This document shows positions 49,586-58,512 of a stretch of DNA of 64,000 nt, piece after piece. The stretch's first letter is position 1; each line of letters opens with the position of its first letter. The position numbers were made by a program, and so were the translations under genes. The stretch lies in sequence record OR545507.1, one strand, 5' to 3'. Below the pieces are notes generated by a model. The model was not told where the DNA came from, did no database searches, and saw only the letters and a program-made list of their open reading frames with translations.

Positions 49586-50365
49586 ATGTTCACATATGTG
49601 AAAGGAAATTCAAAAGAAAATTATGAATTGGGAAACATTATTTCCAATCCAATTGGTGTAAAAGGACTTAAAGAACGTCCTGGTGCAACACCAGAAGATC
49701 CACAAACCTATCGTTATCTTTATAGTGATATTAGAACTCTTTATGGTATTTCAAGTAAAGATGGTTCCCCAGTAGAACCTAATGATGCTGTTAGAAAAGA
49801 AGAAGGTTTTTGGTGGTTAGTGTATAAAAATGTTGGAAATGTTAATGCTATTGAACAACCGTTGGAGTTTATTAAATTAAAAGATGAAAATCAACCTATT
49901 GTTGAATTTTTAGAAGACGCTACCGAAGAATATAAAGCACTAACTGTTCTTAAAACATATCATTATATTGATATGCCAATAGCAGATGTTAAAGTTGATT
50001 TAAAAGCAAGAACTATATCAGAACGTACAAATCGTATGAATTCTGGTTATATGTTCAATGGTCATCGTTACAGTACTGATATGTCTGGTCGTCAAATGCT
50101 TCTTAATTACTATACACAAGTCACTTCAGGTTCTGAAAGTGTTTCTATTTTTCTTGATGACGCAATTGTAAAATTATCTGCTACTGAAATGACACAACTA
50201 TACACTGGAGCCTTTGCTATGATTGAGCAATTGTTTACAGAATGTGACAATCAGTGTGCAGCAATTGATGCAGTTGATGATTTAGATCCTGATGCAATTT
50301 ATAAGGCACAACAAGCTGCAACTTGGGTATATGAAGGTGTTGATATTCCTGAACGTATACGTTAA
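49586..50365 (+). CDS. tail fibre assembly-associated protein (DUF4376-like C-terminal domain)
   Basis: ERTNRMNSGYMFNGHRYSTDMSGRQMLL pattern; directly after the long fibre. Confidence 0.65.
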   Translation: MFTYVKGNSKENYELGNIISNPIGVKGLKERPGATPEDPQTYRYLYSDIRTLYGISSKDGSPVEPNDAVRKEEGFWWLVYKNVGNVNAIEQPLEFIKLKDENQPIVEFLEDATEEYKALTVLKTYHYIDMPIADVKVDLKARTISERTNRMNSGYMFNGHRYSTDMSGRQMLLNYYTQVTSGSESVSIFLDDAIVKLSATEMTQLYTGAFAMIEQLFTECDNQCAAIDAVDDLDPDAIYKAQQAATWVYEGVDIPERIR

Positions 50366-50371
50366 TTTTTT

Positions 50372-50402
50372 AAGGTCAAGCCTATGCTTGGCCTTTTCTT
50401 TT
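50372..50402 (+). terminator. intrinsic terminator
   Basis: AAGGTCAAGC-ctat-GCTTGGCCTT then TTCTTTT. Confidence 0.85.
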
Positions 50403-50408
50403 AACTAA

Positions 50409-50416
50409 AATAAATA
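50409..50416 (+). promoter_or_regulatory. late promoter (AATAAATA)
   Basis: Just after the terminator, 34 nt upstream of ATG 50450. Confidence 0.6.
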
Positions 50417-50449
50417 CATCATATAAATCTATTCTGAGGAAATATTTAA

Positions 50450-52414
50450 ATGAGTATAAATCGAATTAGAGGTGATGGTGGTGTAATTATTGATAGTAAA
50501 TCTTTTTTAGAGTTACCGAAAGCACCATCAAAAGAAACCGCTGATGTAATAAGATCAGGGATGATTAGATACAATAAGGAATGGAAATCATTTGAAGGTG
50601 TTCTGGATTTTGAAGATGGTACTATGGCATATCGCCGCTTTGCAAACTTAGATGCAAATGGTAAACTTCTTACTTCCCAATTACCAGATTCAGTAACTAG
50701 TGGTTTACAGTTTGTTGGTACATACAATCCTATCCCAGATGATATTGATCCACCTTTAGCACAAACACCACTACCAGCACCAGCAGCATCACTAAATGGT
50801 GATTATTATGTTGTTCGTGGTATTATGGATGCCGCACAAGCCCATTATGAAGCAAATAATCCACAAACAAGTCCTGTTACATTTACACCTACAAATCCAA
50901 CTGGACAAGGTAATTGGATTGAAATTTTATATTATGTTGACTCTAATCCAAATATATCTGGTGCTAAACTAGTAACATACGCTTTCGCTAGAATTATTCC
51001 TGCATCTATTCCTAGTACTGGTCATGATGGTCTTAAAAATTTAGCAACAGATGCTGACTTAACCAAACCATTTGCTTCAGGTGTTCCAATGAACCAAACC
51101 GCACTATCAGATGGTGATTGGATTATTATAACTGAAGATAAAAACATACGTCTACGCCAGTCAAGAACAAGCATTTCCGCTGCTTCAGTATTATATGACA
51201 ATACTGTAATGATTGCAAATCATCGTCAATTTAGGACAAACGCAGGGACCGTTCAAACATCCATAGATAACGTTGTGATTGAGTGTTTACGTAGAACTGG
51301 TGATTCCATGTATAATGATGGAACAAGCGGCTCAGGGCGTTTTGGTGTGGTCTATGGTAGTGCAGCAGCACCAGCATTGACATTTAATAACAATCCATTT
51401 GATCCAACCAATAACCCAGGTAATGATCCTGCAAAATGGTCAGACGCTAATACTGGTATGTTTCATCCAGCAGATGATGCAATTGGTTTCAGTACTGCTG
51501 GAACTGAACGTATTAGAATTAATAATTCAACATTAACATTATACCAAACAACTTCAACCCCAGCATCAACCCCAGTACTAAGATTTGATAATGCAACCAA
51601 TACTAATGTTGGACTAAGTGCTAGTAGTAATATTATTTCATTTAGTTCAATGAATAAAGTACAAGTTGAATTTAAAAATGGTGAAAGTGCGTTTCATGGT
51701 AATATTGTGGTTGATGGTACAAGTACATTGACTGGTGATACATCAGCTAGTAATATCACTGCTAGTGGTAATTTGAACATTCAAGGTAATACTACATTAG
51801 GCGATGCTGCATCTGATACAATTACAGTTAATGGAGTTAGTACGTTTACAGCAAACACTAATTTCAATGGAACAACTAATAAATTTAAAAATATAAATCT
51901 ATTAGCTAATGGTATAATTACATTAGAAAGTACTACTAATCAAAGTACAATCCAATTAGTTAGTTCTGATTTAAAACTATCAATGGGTAATTATGCTGAT
52001 GTAAGTATCTATGATAATGGAACTATAAGAACACGTTTTAATAGATATGGTATCCAATTACCAGTACTAGCTACTATTGATAACTCTGTTGGCGTTGATG
52101 GTATGATTGCATACTCCAATACCGAGCGTACTTCAATGCAAAAAGTTCAAGGTCAATGGGTTCCAATTGGTTCAGGTTCAGTGAGAACCGATGCTTTTAC
52201 AATTTCATCTTGGGTATTAAGTGGTAACTACTACACCCTTACTGTAACAGCCTCAAACATCGTCACAGCAGAGATACAGGAACAGGTTAGTCCTGGTGTC
52301 TATACTCGTGTTGAGGTCGATAGCGTTACGTTTAACGGCACTAACGTAGTGTTTAGTATACCTTCAACTCCTGATGTACGTTTCGACGGAAGAACATTGG
52401 TAACAATTAGATAA
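50450..52414 (+). CDS. putative tail fibre / virion structural protein
   Basis: GMIRYN, ANLDANGKLLTSQLP and G.LTG.....NITASGNLNIQGNTTLGDA fibre-type motifs; shares the LGDAA.DT.TVN motif with the long fibre. Confidence 0.6.
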   Translation: MSINRIRGDGGVIIDSKSFLELPKAPSKETADVIRSGMIRYNKEWKSFEGVLDFEDGTMAYRRFANLDANGKLLTSQLPDSVTSGLQFVGTYNPIPDDIDPPLAQTPLPAPAASLNGDYYVVRGIMDAAQAHYEANNPQTSPVTFTPTNPTGQGNWIEILYYVDSNPNISGAKLVTYAFARIIPASIPSTGHDGLKNLATDADLTKPFASGVPMNQTALSDGDWIIITEDKNIRLRQSRTSISAASVLYDNTVMIANHRQFRTNAGTVQTSIDNVVIECLRRTGDSMYNDGTSGSGRFGVVYGSAAAPALTFNNNPFDPTNNPGNDPAKWSDANTGMFHPADDAIGFSTAGTERIRINNSTLTLYQTTSTPASTPVLRFDNATNTNVGLSASSNIISFSSMNKVQVEFKNGESAFHGNIVVDGTSTLTGDTSASNITASGNLNIQGNTTLGDAASDTITVNGVSTFTANTNFNGTTNKFKNINLLANGIITLESTTNQSTIQLVSSDLKLSMGNYADVSIYDNGTIRTRFNRYGIQLPVLATIDNSVGVDGMIAYSNTERTSMQKVQGQWVPIGSGSVRTDAFTISSWVLSGNYYTLTVTASNIVTAEIQEQVSPGVYTRVEVDSVTFNGTNVVFSIPSTPDVRFDGRTLVTIR

Positions 52415-52415
52415 T

Positions 52416-52445
52416 AAAAAAGGGAGAACTGATGTTCTCCCTTTT
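52416..52445. terminator. bidirectional terminator
   Basis: AAAAGGGAGAAC-tgat-GTTCTCCCTTTT. Confidence 0.9.
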
Positions 52446-52448
52446 CGT

Positions 52449-53378
52449 TTATACAGCCATAGGTGCTTTAATTGTTGGCATTGGGTTGTAATTCACTAAT
52501 TTAAAAGAATCCATAGTGAAATCTTCAATATTAGTAATTGTAGGATCAAGCCACAATTCAGGTAATTCACGAGGTTTTCGCTGTAGTTGTTCTTTTACTT
52601 GTTCAACGTGGTTTTTATAAATGTGACAATCACCACCATTCCAAATAAATTCACCAACATCTAAACCAGTAATTTGTGCAATCATATGAGTTAGTAGTGA
52701 GTAACTACTGATATTAAATGGAACTCCTAAAAATAGATCAGCGGAGCGTTGATGCAGAATACAGCTTAGTTTTCCTTGCACTACACAAAATTGCACAAAG
52801 CTATGACAAGGTGGTAACGTCATATCATCAAGCTCACCAACGTTCCATGCACTTAGAATGTGGCGACGGCCATATGGATCGGACTTTATACCTTTGATTA
52901 GTTCTTGTAATTGGTCAGTTGTACGTTTCATAACAACACCATGTGAACCAGTATAATCGATAACTTTGTATCCTTTATCTTTTAATTCTTGAATTTCTTC
53001 AGTACTGGAACTAAATTTATAATCTTCCCATTCACGCCATTGCTTACCATACACTGGACCTAACTCACCATCAGTATAACCAAGAGCAACGCCTTGATTT
53101 AGGTAATTATCTGTCCAAATAGTTTTCTTTTCTGTATCACGAGTTCCATGCAAAATTTCACAAAGGCGACGCTCATCATGGGAACCTTCAATAAACCATA
53201 GTAATTCTGAAGTCATTGCTTTCCAAGCTAGACGTTTTGTCGTCACTGCTGGGAAACCATCTTTAAGGTCAAAACGCATTTGTTGACCGATAAGTTTGAT
53301 TGTTCCAACACCAGTACGGTCAACGCTTTCTACGCCTTCATCTAGAATTTTTTGATATAGTTCTTGTAGTTGTTTCAT
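52449..53378 (-). CDS. thyA: thymidylate synthase
   Basis: DRTGVGT, GPVYGKQWR, RRHILSAWN, LPPCH, QRSADLFLGVPFNISSY, GGDCHIYKNH; uninterrupted (no td intron). Confidence 0.97.
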   Translation of the reverse strand: MKQLQELYQKILDEGVESVDRTGVGTIKLIGQQMRFDLKDGFPAVTTKRLAWKAMTSELLWFIEGSHDERRLCEILHGTRDTEKKTIWTDNYLNQGVALGYTDGELGPVYGKQWREWEDYKFSSSTEEIQELKDKGYKVIDYTGSHGVVMKRTTDQLQELIKGIKSDPYGRRHILSAWNVGELDDMTLPPCHSFVQFCVVQGKLSCILHQRSADLFLGVPFNISSYSLLTHMIAQITGLDVGEFIWNGGDCHIYKNHVEQVKEQLQRKPRELPELWLDPTITNIEDFTMDSFKLVNYNPMPTIKAPMAV

Positions 53379-53971
53379 TATTCTTCCTTGAAAAATGTAA
53401 TAAAATGTTCCATATGTTTTTCGGTGGCATTGCGTGAACCAATACCAGTCCAGTTACCATGTGGTGCTGGAACGACGAATGTTTGTGTGAACTCTTTCAG
53501 TACTGTATCGAAATAAAATACTGAACGTGAATTCATATCATAACAATAAATTTCAGGATTTTCAACTGAATCCATATACATCTGTACTGCCCATGCAGTA
53601 CCACCACTTACCTTAGTTGGTGATGTGATATTTGCAATACAATATATTCTTTCTGTATTAAGTATCTGATAACTATTCCTTGCAAGTAAGTTGTAAACAT
53701 AAGAACCAGGTTTTGGTACTTTTCGCTGCAACGAGTAACATGCAATGTTTAGTTGATTTAATATAGAAATATCAGATAGAATATTGGATGGTATTTCTAA
53801 TATAGTACTTTCATCTACACTATGCTCATGACCTTTGAATGAAAAATTAATAACTTCAAATCCATTATTTTTTGCATAGATAGAAAAAAGGCGGTCAGCA
53901 CCTGCTGCCCCGCCACTAAAACATACATTAGATAAACCTTTAATTGCTTCATCTAATTCATTCTTTTTCAT
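53378..53971 (-). CDS. SLOG-superfamily (DprA/YspA-like) Rossmannoid protein
   Basis: FSGGAAGAD, SGGTAWAV and WTGIGSR motifs. Confidence 0.55.
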   Translation of the reverse strand: MKKNELDEAIKGLSNVCFSGGAAGADRLFSIYAKNNGFEVINFSFKGHEHSVDESTILEIPSNILSDISILNQLNIACYSLQRKVPKPGSYVYNLLARNSYQILNTERIYCIANITSPTKVSGGTAWAVQMYMDSVENPEIYCYDMNSRSVFYFDTVLKEFTQTFVVPAPHGNWTGIGSRNATEKHMEHFITFFKEE

Positions 53972-53974
53972 ATT

Positions 53975-54631
53975 TTATTTTGCTTTACGTTCTGCAAATA
54001 GTTGTTTTACTTTCTCAATAGCTTTAGTCTGTGAAATACCTTCTGGAATTTCTAGATAAATTGTTTTACTATCTTTCGGTTGTTCAACAACTTGTGTTTG
54101 CGGACGCAAGCTTGGCTCTAAATTGTATGCACGTTCATAATGTTCTTTAGCCAGTTTTTCATATTTTTGTGCATCAGTGAGAAGTTGTTCTACAATAGTA
54201 GCTTCTTCTACTTTAGTGTCCGCTTCTTGTGGATTGAATGGGTTAAAGTCTTTTACTTTACCATCTTCTTGTACTTTCGCTTGATTTTCATCTAATGCTT
54301 TGTTTAGAACATCAAGAGAAATTTTATTATTACCACCAGTGTGCATATCAATGTCACAAGTACGAACGCGACGTAGATGCTGCATGTTGTGTAGAACATC
54401 TAGCATTTTGCGTCCATCGAGATAACCAATTTTATGCATTACTTCCCACAAATCAATATTAGATTGACCATGACCCATAACAATATCAGTTACTGCGTGA
54501 ACATATGCTTCTGGTAGTGAATCACGATAAACGATAAGGCAGTGTTCAGGATCATCTGGTAGTGAACGCCAAACAACAAAAACACGAGAACCTGTATTAC
54601 GCATTACACCAACATGACGAATAGCTGCCAT
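53975..54631 (-). CDS. hypothetical protein
   Basis: 218-aa ORF with GGAG RBS in an operon with thyA. Confidence 0.75.
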   Translation of the reverse strand: MAAIRHVGVMRNTGSRVFVVWRSLPDDPEHCLIVYRDSLPEAYVHAVTDIVMGHGQSNIDLWEVMHKIGYLDGRKMLDVLHNMQHLRRVRTCDIDMHTGGNNKISLDVLNKALDENQAKVQEDGKVKDFNPFNPQEADTKVEEATIVEQLLTDAQKYEKLAKEHYERAYNLEPSLRPQTQVVEQPKDSKTIYLEIPEGISQTKAIEKVKQLFAERKAK

Positions 54632-54633
54632 AA

Positions 54634-54879
54634 TTATTCTCCTTTATCTTCTTGAGTTTCACTATCTTGTGATTCAGCTTCTTCTTTAGCTGCATCTTCT
54701 TGTGCTTTAATATCTTCAAGAGCTACATTTGCAAAAGAAACAAATTTAGATACAACTGGAGCAACCTCAACAAGTTCTTCAACTTTAAAGGTGTTTCGTG
54801 CAACAGCAGCTTCCATGATTTTTGCAGCATTGATTAGGTCTAGAAGGGTTAGTTGAATTTGATTATTTTCTTGTTCCAT
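54634..54879 (-). CDS. small acidic hypothetical protein
   Basis: Start moved to the second ATG (54879) because GGAG overlaps the first; first gene after an early promoter. Confidence 0.65.
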   Translation of the reverse strand: MEQENNQIQLTLLDLINAAKIMEAAVARNTFKVEELVEVAPVVSKFVSFANVALEDIKAQEDAAKEEAESQDSETQEDKGE

Positions 54880-54913
54880 TTTAATACTCTCCATGTATAT
54901 TGGTACATTAACT

Positions 54914-54941
54914 ATTATATCATATTTTTATAAGTTGTCCC
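54914..54941 (-). promoter_or_regulatory. early-type promoter for the thyA operon, -35 flanked by a 9-bp inverted repeat
   Basis: GGGACA-16 bp-TATAAT; TTTATAAGT/ACTTATAAA at 54927-54935 and 54942-54950. Confidence 0.72.
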
Positions 54942-54946
54942 ACTTA

Positions 54947-54978
54947 TAAAAGAAGAGAACGGAAAATTCCGTTCTCTT
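54947..54978 (-). terminator. intrinsic terminator after the vWA gene
   Basis: AAGAGAACGGA/TCCGTTCTCTT 11-bp stem then CTTTT on minus. Confidence 0.8.
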
Positions 54979-54988
54979 TATTTAGTAC

Positions 54989-56413
54989 TTAACTACGTTG
55001 ACGCTTTTTATCAGCTTCATATTCGTAGTGTACAGTCTCACCAAATGGTGCAACTTTATTTGGGTTACTGTGAATCACGAACAGTGTTTTACAGTAGTTT
55101 GGATCACCCCATGACTGCCACGGTTCACCATCAGTAAACATTACAAGCTGTTTAGGCTTGTAGTTGTCGTTCTTCATATGAACCCATACTGCTTCAAAGT
55201 CAGTACCACCACCACCTTTTACTGGATATTCCAGAATCTTACGTTCTTCGCCAGTTTTGTAATCCTTTACAGTATAAACTTCAGTATCAAAAGTCATGAT
55301 ACGAATCTTAAACTGTTTGAATTGTTTAGTGATGCCAAGAACTTCACTAATGAAATCACGAAGCATATCTTCAGAAATAGACCCAGAAGCATCTAGTGCA
55401 ATCGCAATATCAATATCATCATCTGGTTTCATCCCTGGGTAAATTGGATTACCATAGAATGAACCATTAGAACCAAAACCAGCACCCCATGAACGACGAG
55501 AAGGACTTTGATACGTTGCATCAGACTTCAACCAACTACGAAGTGTACGTTGAAGTTTTGAACGCCAGTCAATCTTTGGTTCTTTAAAGTTGTTAATCAT
55601 ACGAGCGATTTCTGCTGGTGTACCACCTGCACGTGCAGCATTCATCATTGCTGTTTTGAAATCATCCATATAATCACGTTTTTGCTGTTCACTTGAACCA
55701 CCTTCTTGACCTTCTTGTGGAACGTCATGCTGGTCAATGGTAGTACCTTTTGGTTTACCCTTACCATCTTTAATATCGCCAAAAGTACCGCGATTTTTAC
55801 CTTCACCTTCACCGCCACCACTTTGTGGTTGACCTTCACCTTCACCATCTTCTTTTTGTTCTTCTTCTTCAAGAAGAATGTAAATCTCTTCTGCGGTCAT
55901 ACCTTCATATTTTTTATCATACAACCATGAACTTTGGATTTTTCCAATTTTCTCACGAACGATGATTTGGTTAATGGCATAATCCGCTGCACGGTTATAA
56001 CGTTGTGGATCACGCATACCACGACGAAGGAAGTGATCGTAAGCACAGTGTAGAATTTCATGACAAATTACAGCAATAAGGTTTTCATCAGTCAAACCTT
56101 CAGTCATTTCTTTTAATTGTTCGTCTGTAACTTCAGGATGCTTTTCACGAATAGCTTCTTCATATTCTTTCTTTTTAGATGGGTCTTGAATACCCATTAC
56201 AAATTCTACGTTGTAGAATAGATGTTTACCATCAACTGCTAGAGTACGACACCATGTATTATTAGGAACTGGACGTAAACGTGAAGCGAGTACACCAAAG
56301 AATGGTGCAGTTAACATCAAAGATGTACGAGCCAGAACCAGACGATCTTGACATTCTTTCTGGAGTGCCGGAGATACTTCATTGAATCTGGAAGTAGATT
56401 TGTTATCTGACAT
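54989..56413 (-). CDS. zincin-like metallopeptidase plus vWA domain protein (DUF2201-like), MoxR partner
   Basis: TLAVDG, CHEILH (HExxH), WNxAAD-like YNRAADYAIN, low-complexity linker, MIDAS DASGSIS, GGGTDF, FTDG. Confidence 0.85.
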   Translation of the reverse strand: MSDNKSTSRFNEVSPALQKECQDRLVLARTSLMLTAPFFGVLASRLRPVPNNTWCRTLAVDGKHLFYNVEFVMGIQDPSKKKEYEEAIREKHPEVTDEQLKEMTEGLTDENLIAVICHEILHCAYDHFLRRGMRDPQRYNRAADYAINQIIVREKIGKIQSSWLYDKKYEGMTAEEIYILLEEEEQKEDGEGEGQPQSGGGEGEGKNRGTFGDIKDGKGKPKGTTIDQHDVPQEGQEGGSSEQQKRDYMDDFKTAMMNAARAGGTPAEIARMINNFKEPKIDWRSKLQRTLRSWLKSDATYQSPSRRSWGAGFGSNGSFYGNPIYPGMKPDDDIDIAIALDASGSISEDMLRDFISEVLGITKQFKQFKIRIMTFDTEVYTVKDYKTGEERKILEYPVKGGGGTDFEAVWVHMKNDNYKPKQLVMFTDGEPWQSWGDPNYCKTLFVIHSNPNKVAPFGETVHYEYEADKKRQRS

Positions 56414-56438
56414 GTATATTTCCTCGTTTAGTTAAGAT

Positions 56439-56468
56439 AAAAGAAGGATACCATTAGGCATCCTTCTT
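56439..56468 (-). terminator. terminator-like hairpin between MoxR and vWA genes
   Basis: Minus strand AAGAAGGATGCC-taat-GGTATCCTTCTT then TT. Confidence 0.6.
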
Positions 56469-56487
56469 GTCAACAACTCTTTGTTAA

Positions 56488-57813
56488 TTAGCCAAGAGAG
56501 CGTGCTTTACGTACAAGTTCAGAGTACTTAGCGATGAAATCTTTAAACGCTGGTACATCTTTAATGGAAATCGCAACCTTATGAAGCGTGATGGTACGAA
56601 TTGCCAGTACTGCCAGTTCTGCTTGAGTTGCAGAGAAGTTATGGTCTAGGAAGGTGATGAAGTTGTTACACAGTTTACCCCATTCTTCCACTGGTAGACG
56701 TTGTTCTTGCTTCTCATTGAACAGGTCGATAATTTTATAAACCAAGTTCAGAGTGATAAAGTAGTTCGCAGAAATATCCAGCGTTGCGTCGATTTCTTTG
56801 ATTTCACCAGACAGAATAGACATAGTATCTGGTAGTTTAGCAACGTTCTCAACGTACTCAATGTATTCAGTTGCAACACCTTCACCAACACGACCAGCAA
56901 TCATTGCACGGAACACTTCTTTATCAATTGTCTTAGTTTTCTTGAGATCTTCGTAGCGTGCTACTGCTTCCCATGAACGTGGAGAAGTACCACCACTGTG
57001 AGAAGGATCTTGTGGACTAAGTGTGTTAAAGTACTTAGAACCAGTGTTGTTGATGAACGCAACAGTTGCTGGGTTCAAACGTTTTGCAATCGCATAATCG
57101 TTAATCCAATCTTGATGATAAGGAATCATCTCAATGTGAGTCATACGGTCACGCAGTGGTGTAGCAAGAGAGAAAGTTACACCGCCATCAGTTTCACGGT
57201 TACCTGCTGCAAGAATCAGTGCAGTCTTAGGTAGCTTCATCTCACCAACACAACGGTCGAGGATTAGCTGATAAGACGCTGCCTGAACAATAGGCATTGC
57301 AGAGTTAATTTCGTCAAACAGAATAACACCTTTCCAATCTTCGGACAATTTCAGAACTTTAGGTGCAGCCCATACTACCGCAGTTTCAGCTACATAATCT
57401 TTTGCTTCGGCAAGCTCAGATTCTTTCAGAAGAGAACCGTCAGTTTTACGGAAAAGCTTCTCTGGTACTGGAATACCGCGAAGGTCACTTGGTTCGATTT
57501 GAGACAAACGGAAATCGATAAAGTTAGTATCTTGGTCGATTAGTTTTGCTTCAAATGCAGCCAGTTCACGGCGTAGCTGATCAGCATTTTCAGGGTCAGC
57601 TTCGATTTGTTGTTTCATGAACTCGATTTTAGCTACGTTATCTTTACGCAGTGGGTAATTTTCATCAGCGTATTGACGAGCGATTGCAGACTTACCGATA
57701 CCTGGGCTACCCCAAATCATCAGGCTATCTTGAATCATGTCAGCTAGTGCCATTGCTTCTTTAGCTTTCTTTGGAGTCAGTTTAACGTTCAGGATATCGT
57801 TTTGAGTAGTCAT
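56488..57813 (-). CDS. MoxR-family AAA+ ATPase
   Basis: WGSPGIGKS, DLRGIP, ILFDEIN, QAASYQLILDR, AAGNR, TPLRDRM, SPRSWE. Confidence 0.88.
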   Translation of the reverse strand: MTTQNDILNVKLTPKKAKEAMALADMIQDSLMIWGSPGIGKSAIARQYADENYPLRKDNVAKIEFMKQQIEADPENADQLRRELAAFEAKLIDQDTNFIDFRLSQIEPSDLRGIPVPEKLFRKTDGSLLKESELAEAKDYVAETAVVWAAPKVLKLSEDWKGVILFDEINSAMPIVQAASYQLILDRCVGEMKLPKTALILAAGNRETDGGVTFSLATPLRDRMTHIEMIPYHQDWINDYAIAKRLNPATVAFINNTGSKYFNTLSPQDPSHSGGTSPRSWEAVARYEDLKKTKTIDKEVFRAMIAGRVGEGVATEYIEYVENVAKLPDTMSILSGEIKEIDATLDISANYFITLNLVYKIIDLFNEKQEQRLPVEEWGKLCNNFITFLDHNFSATQAELAVLAIRTITLHKVAISIKDVPAFKDFIAKYSELVRKARSLG

Positions 57814-57854
57814 GTATATATTTCCTTTTGTTGGATAAAATCGTTTAAGTTTCT

Positions 57855-57883
57855 ATTATAGCCAATCCGTGGGCAAAAGTAAA
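57855..57883 (-). promoter_or_regulatory. proximal promoter of MoxR
   Basis: TTTACT-17 bp-TATAAT. Confidence 0.6.
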
Positions 57884-57982
57884 GGAACTGTGTTAAAATA
57901 ATTTAACTTATCAGTTCCTTTGTTACTTCATGAATCATCCGTGTGTTTAAAAGGTAAATCTCTTTGCTGTCTTGATGTGAAC

Positions 57983-58010
57983 ATTATATCACATCGTTTC
58001 AACTTGTCAA
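57983..58010 (-). promoter_or_regulatory. strong early promoter with A-tract UP element
   Basis: Perfect TTGACA-16 bp-TATAAT, TGa extended -10, upstream A-tracts. Confidence 0.85.
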
Positions 58011-58076
58011 TCACTTTTTTTCTTTTTTTTTCAAACTCACATCTTGTGTCGCTTGAAAACTTTATGTCTGATGCTT

Positions 58077-58104
58077 ATTGTATCACATCATTCTATCTTG
58101 TCAA
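58077..58104 (-). promoter_or_regulatory. second strong early promoter
   Basis: TTGACA-16 bp-TACAAT, shares GATGTGA before -10 with the 57983 promoter. Confidence 0.8.
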
Positions 58105-58128
58105 CATTTATTTTTAATTCATTTTTTC

Positions 58129-58509
58129 TTACATATGAATAGAAAATAACTGTTTAAAATCGTCACAACACAATGTTAATTCAGTTATTATCATTGCATC
58201 TGTCAGATATATGTACTGACCTTCAACATAATAAGGTGAAGTACATATTCTGTCAAGTGATGTAAACATTATAGAACTTTTAAATTCTCTTTGCAAGGGG
58301 ATTTTTGTAAATTCATAAAGATTATTTTCTTTACAAATTCCATACCCAAACTTGCTAAGACGTAAACCACCGCCAGTTCTGAAATTTTCAAAAATTGACA
58401 TCAGAAGCATACGGTCTGTTATTTCTGAATCTGATTCATGTACTTCCCTAACTTTGGAAAGTACATTATTTTGATATTCAGTACTGTTATGTGATGGTTC
58501 TGGAAACAT
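58129..58509 (-). CDS. hypothetical protein
   Basis: 126 aa, GGAG RBS, last gene of the minus-strand late operon. Confidence 0.7.
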   Translation of the reverse strand: MFPEPSHNSTEYQNNVLSKVREVHESDSEITDRMLLMSIFENFRTGGGLRLSKFGYGICKENNLYEFTKIPLQREFKSSIMFTSLDRICTSPYYVEGQYIYLTDAMIITELTLCCDDFKQLFSIHM

Positions 58510-58512
58510 ATA

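Noticed and set aside
52449-53378. td-type group I intron in thymidylate synthase
   Set aside because: Frame is continuous with all motifs; only a ~25-aa in-frame insertion
57920-58117. 65-aa plus-strand ORF
   Set aside because: TTG start without RBS, Phe/Ser-rich translation of T-tracts, overlaps two minus-strand promoters
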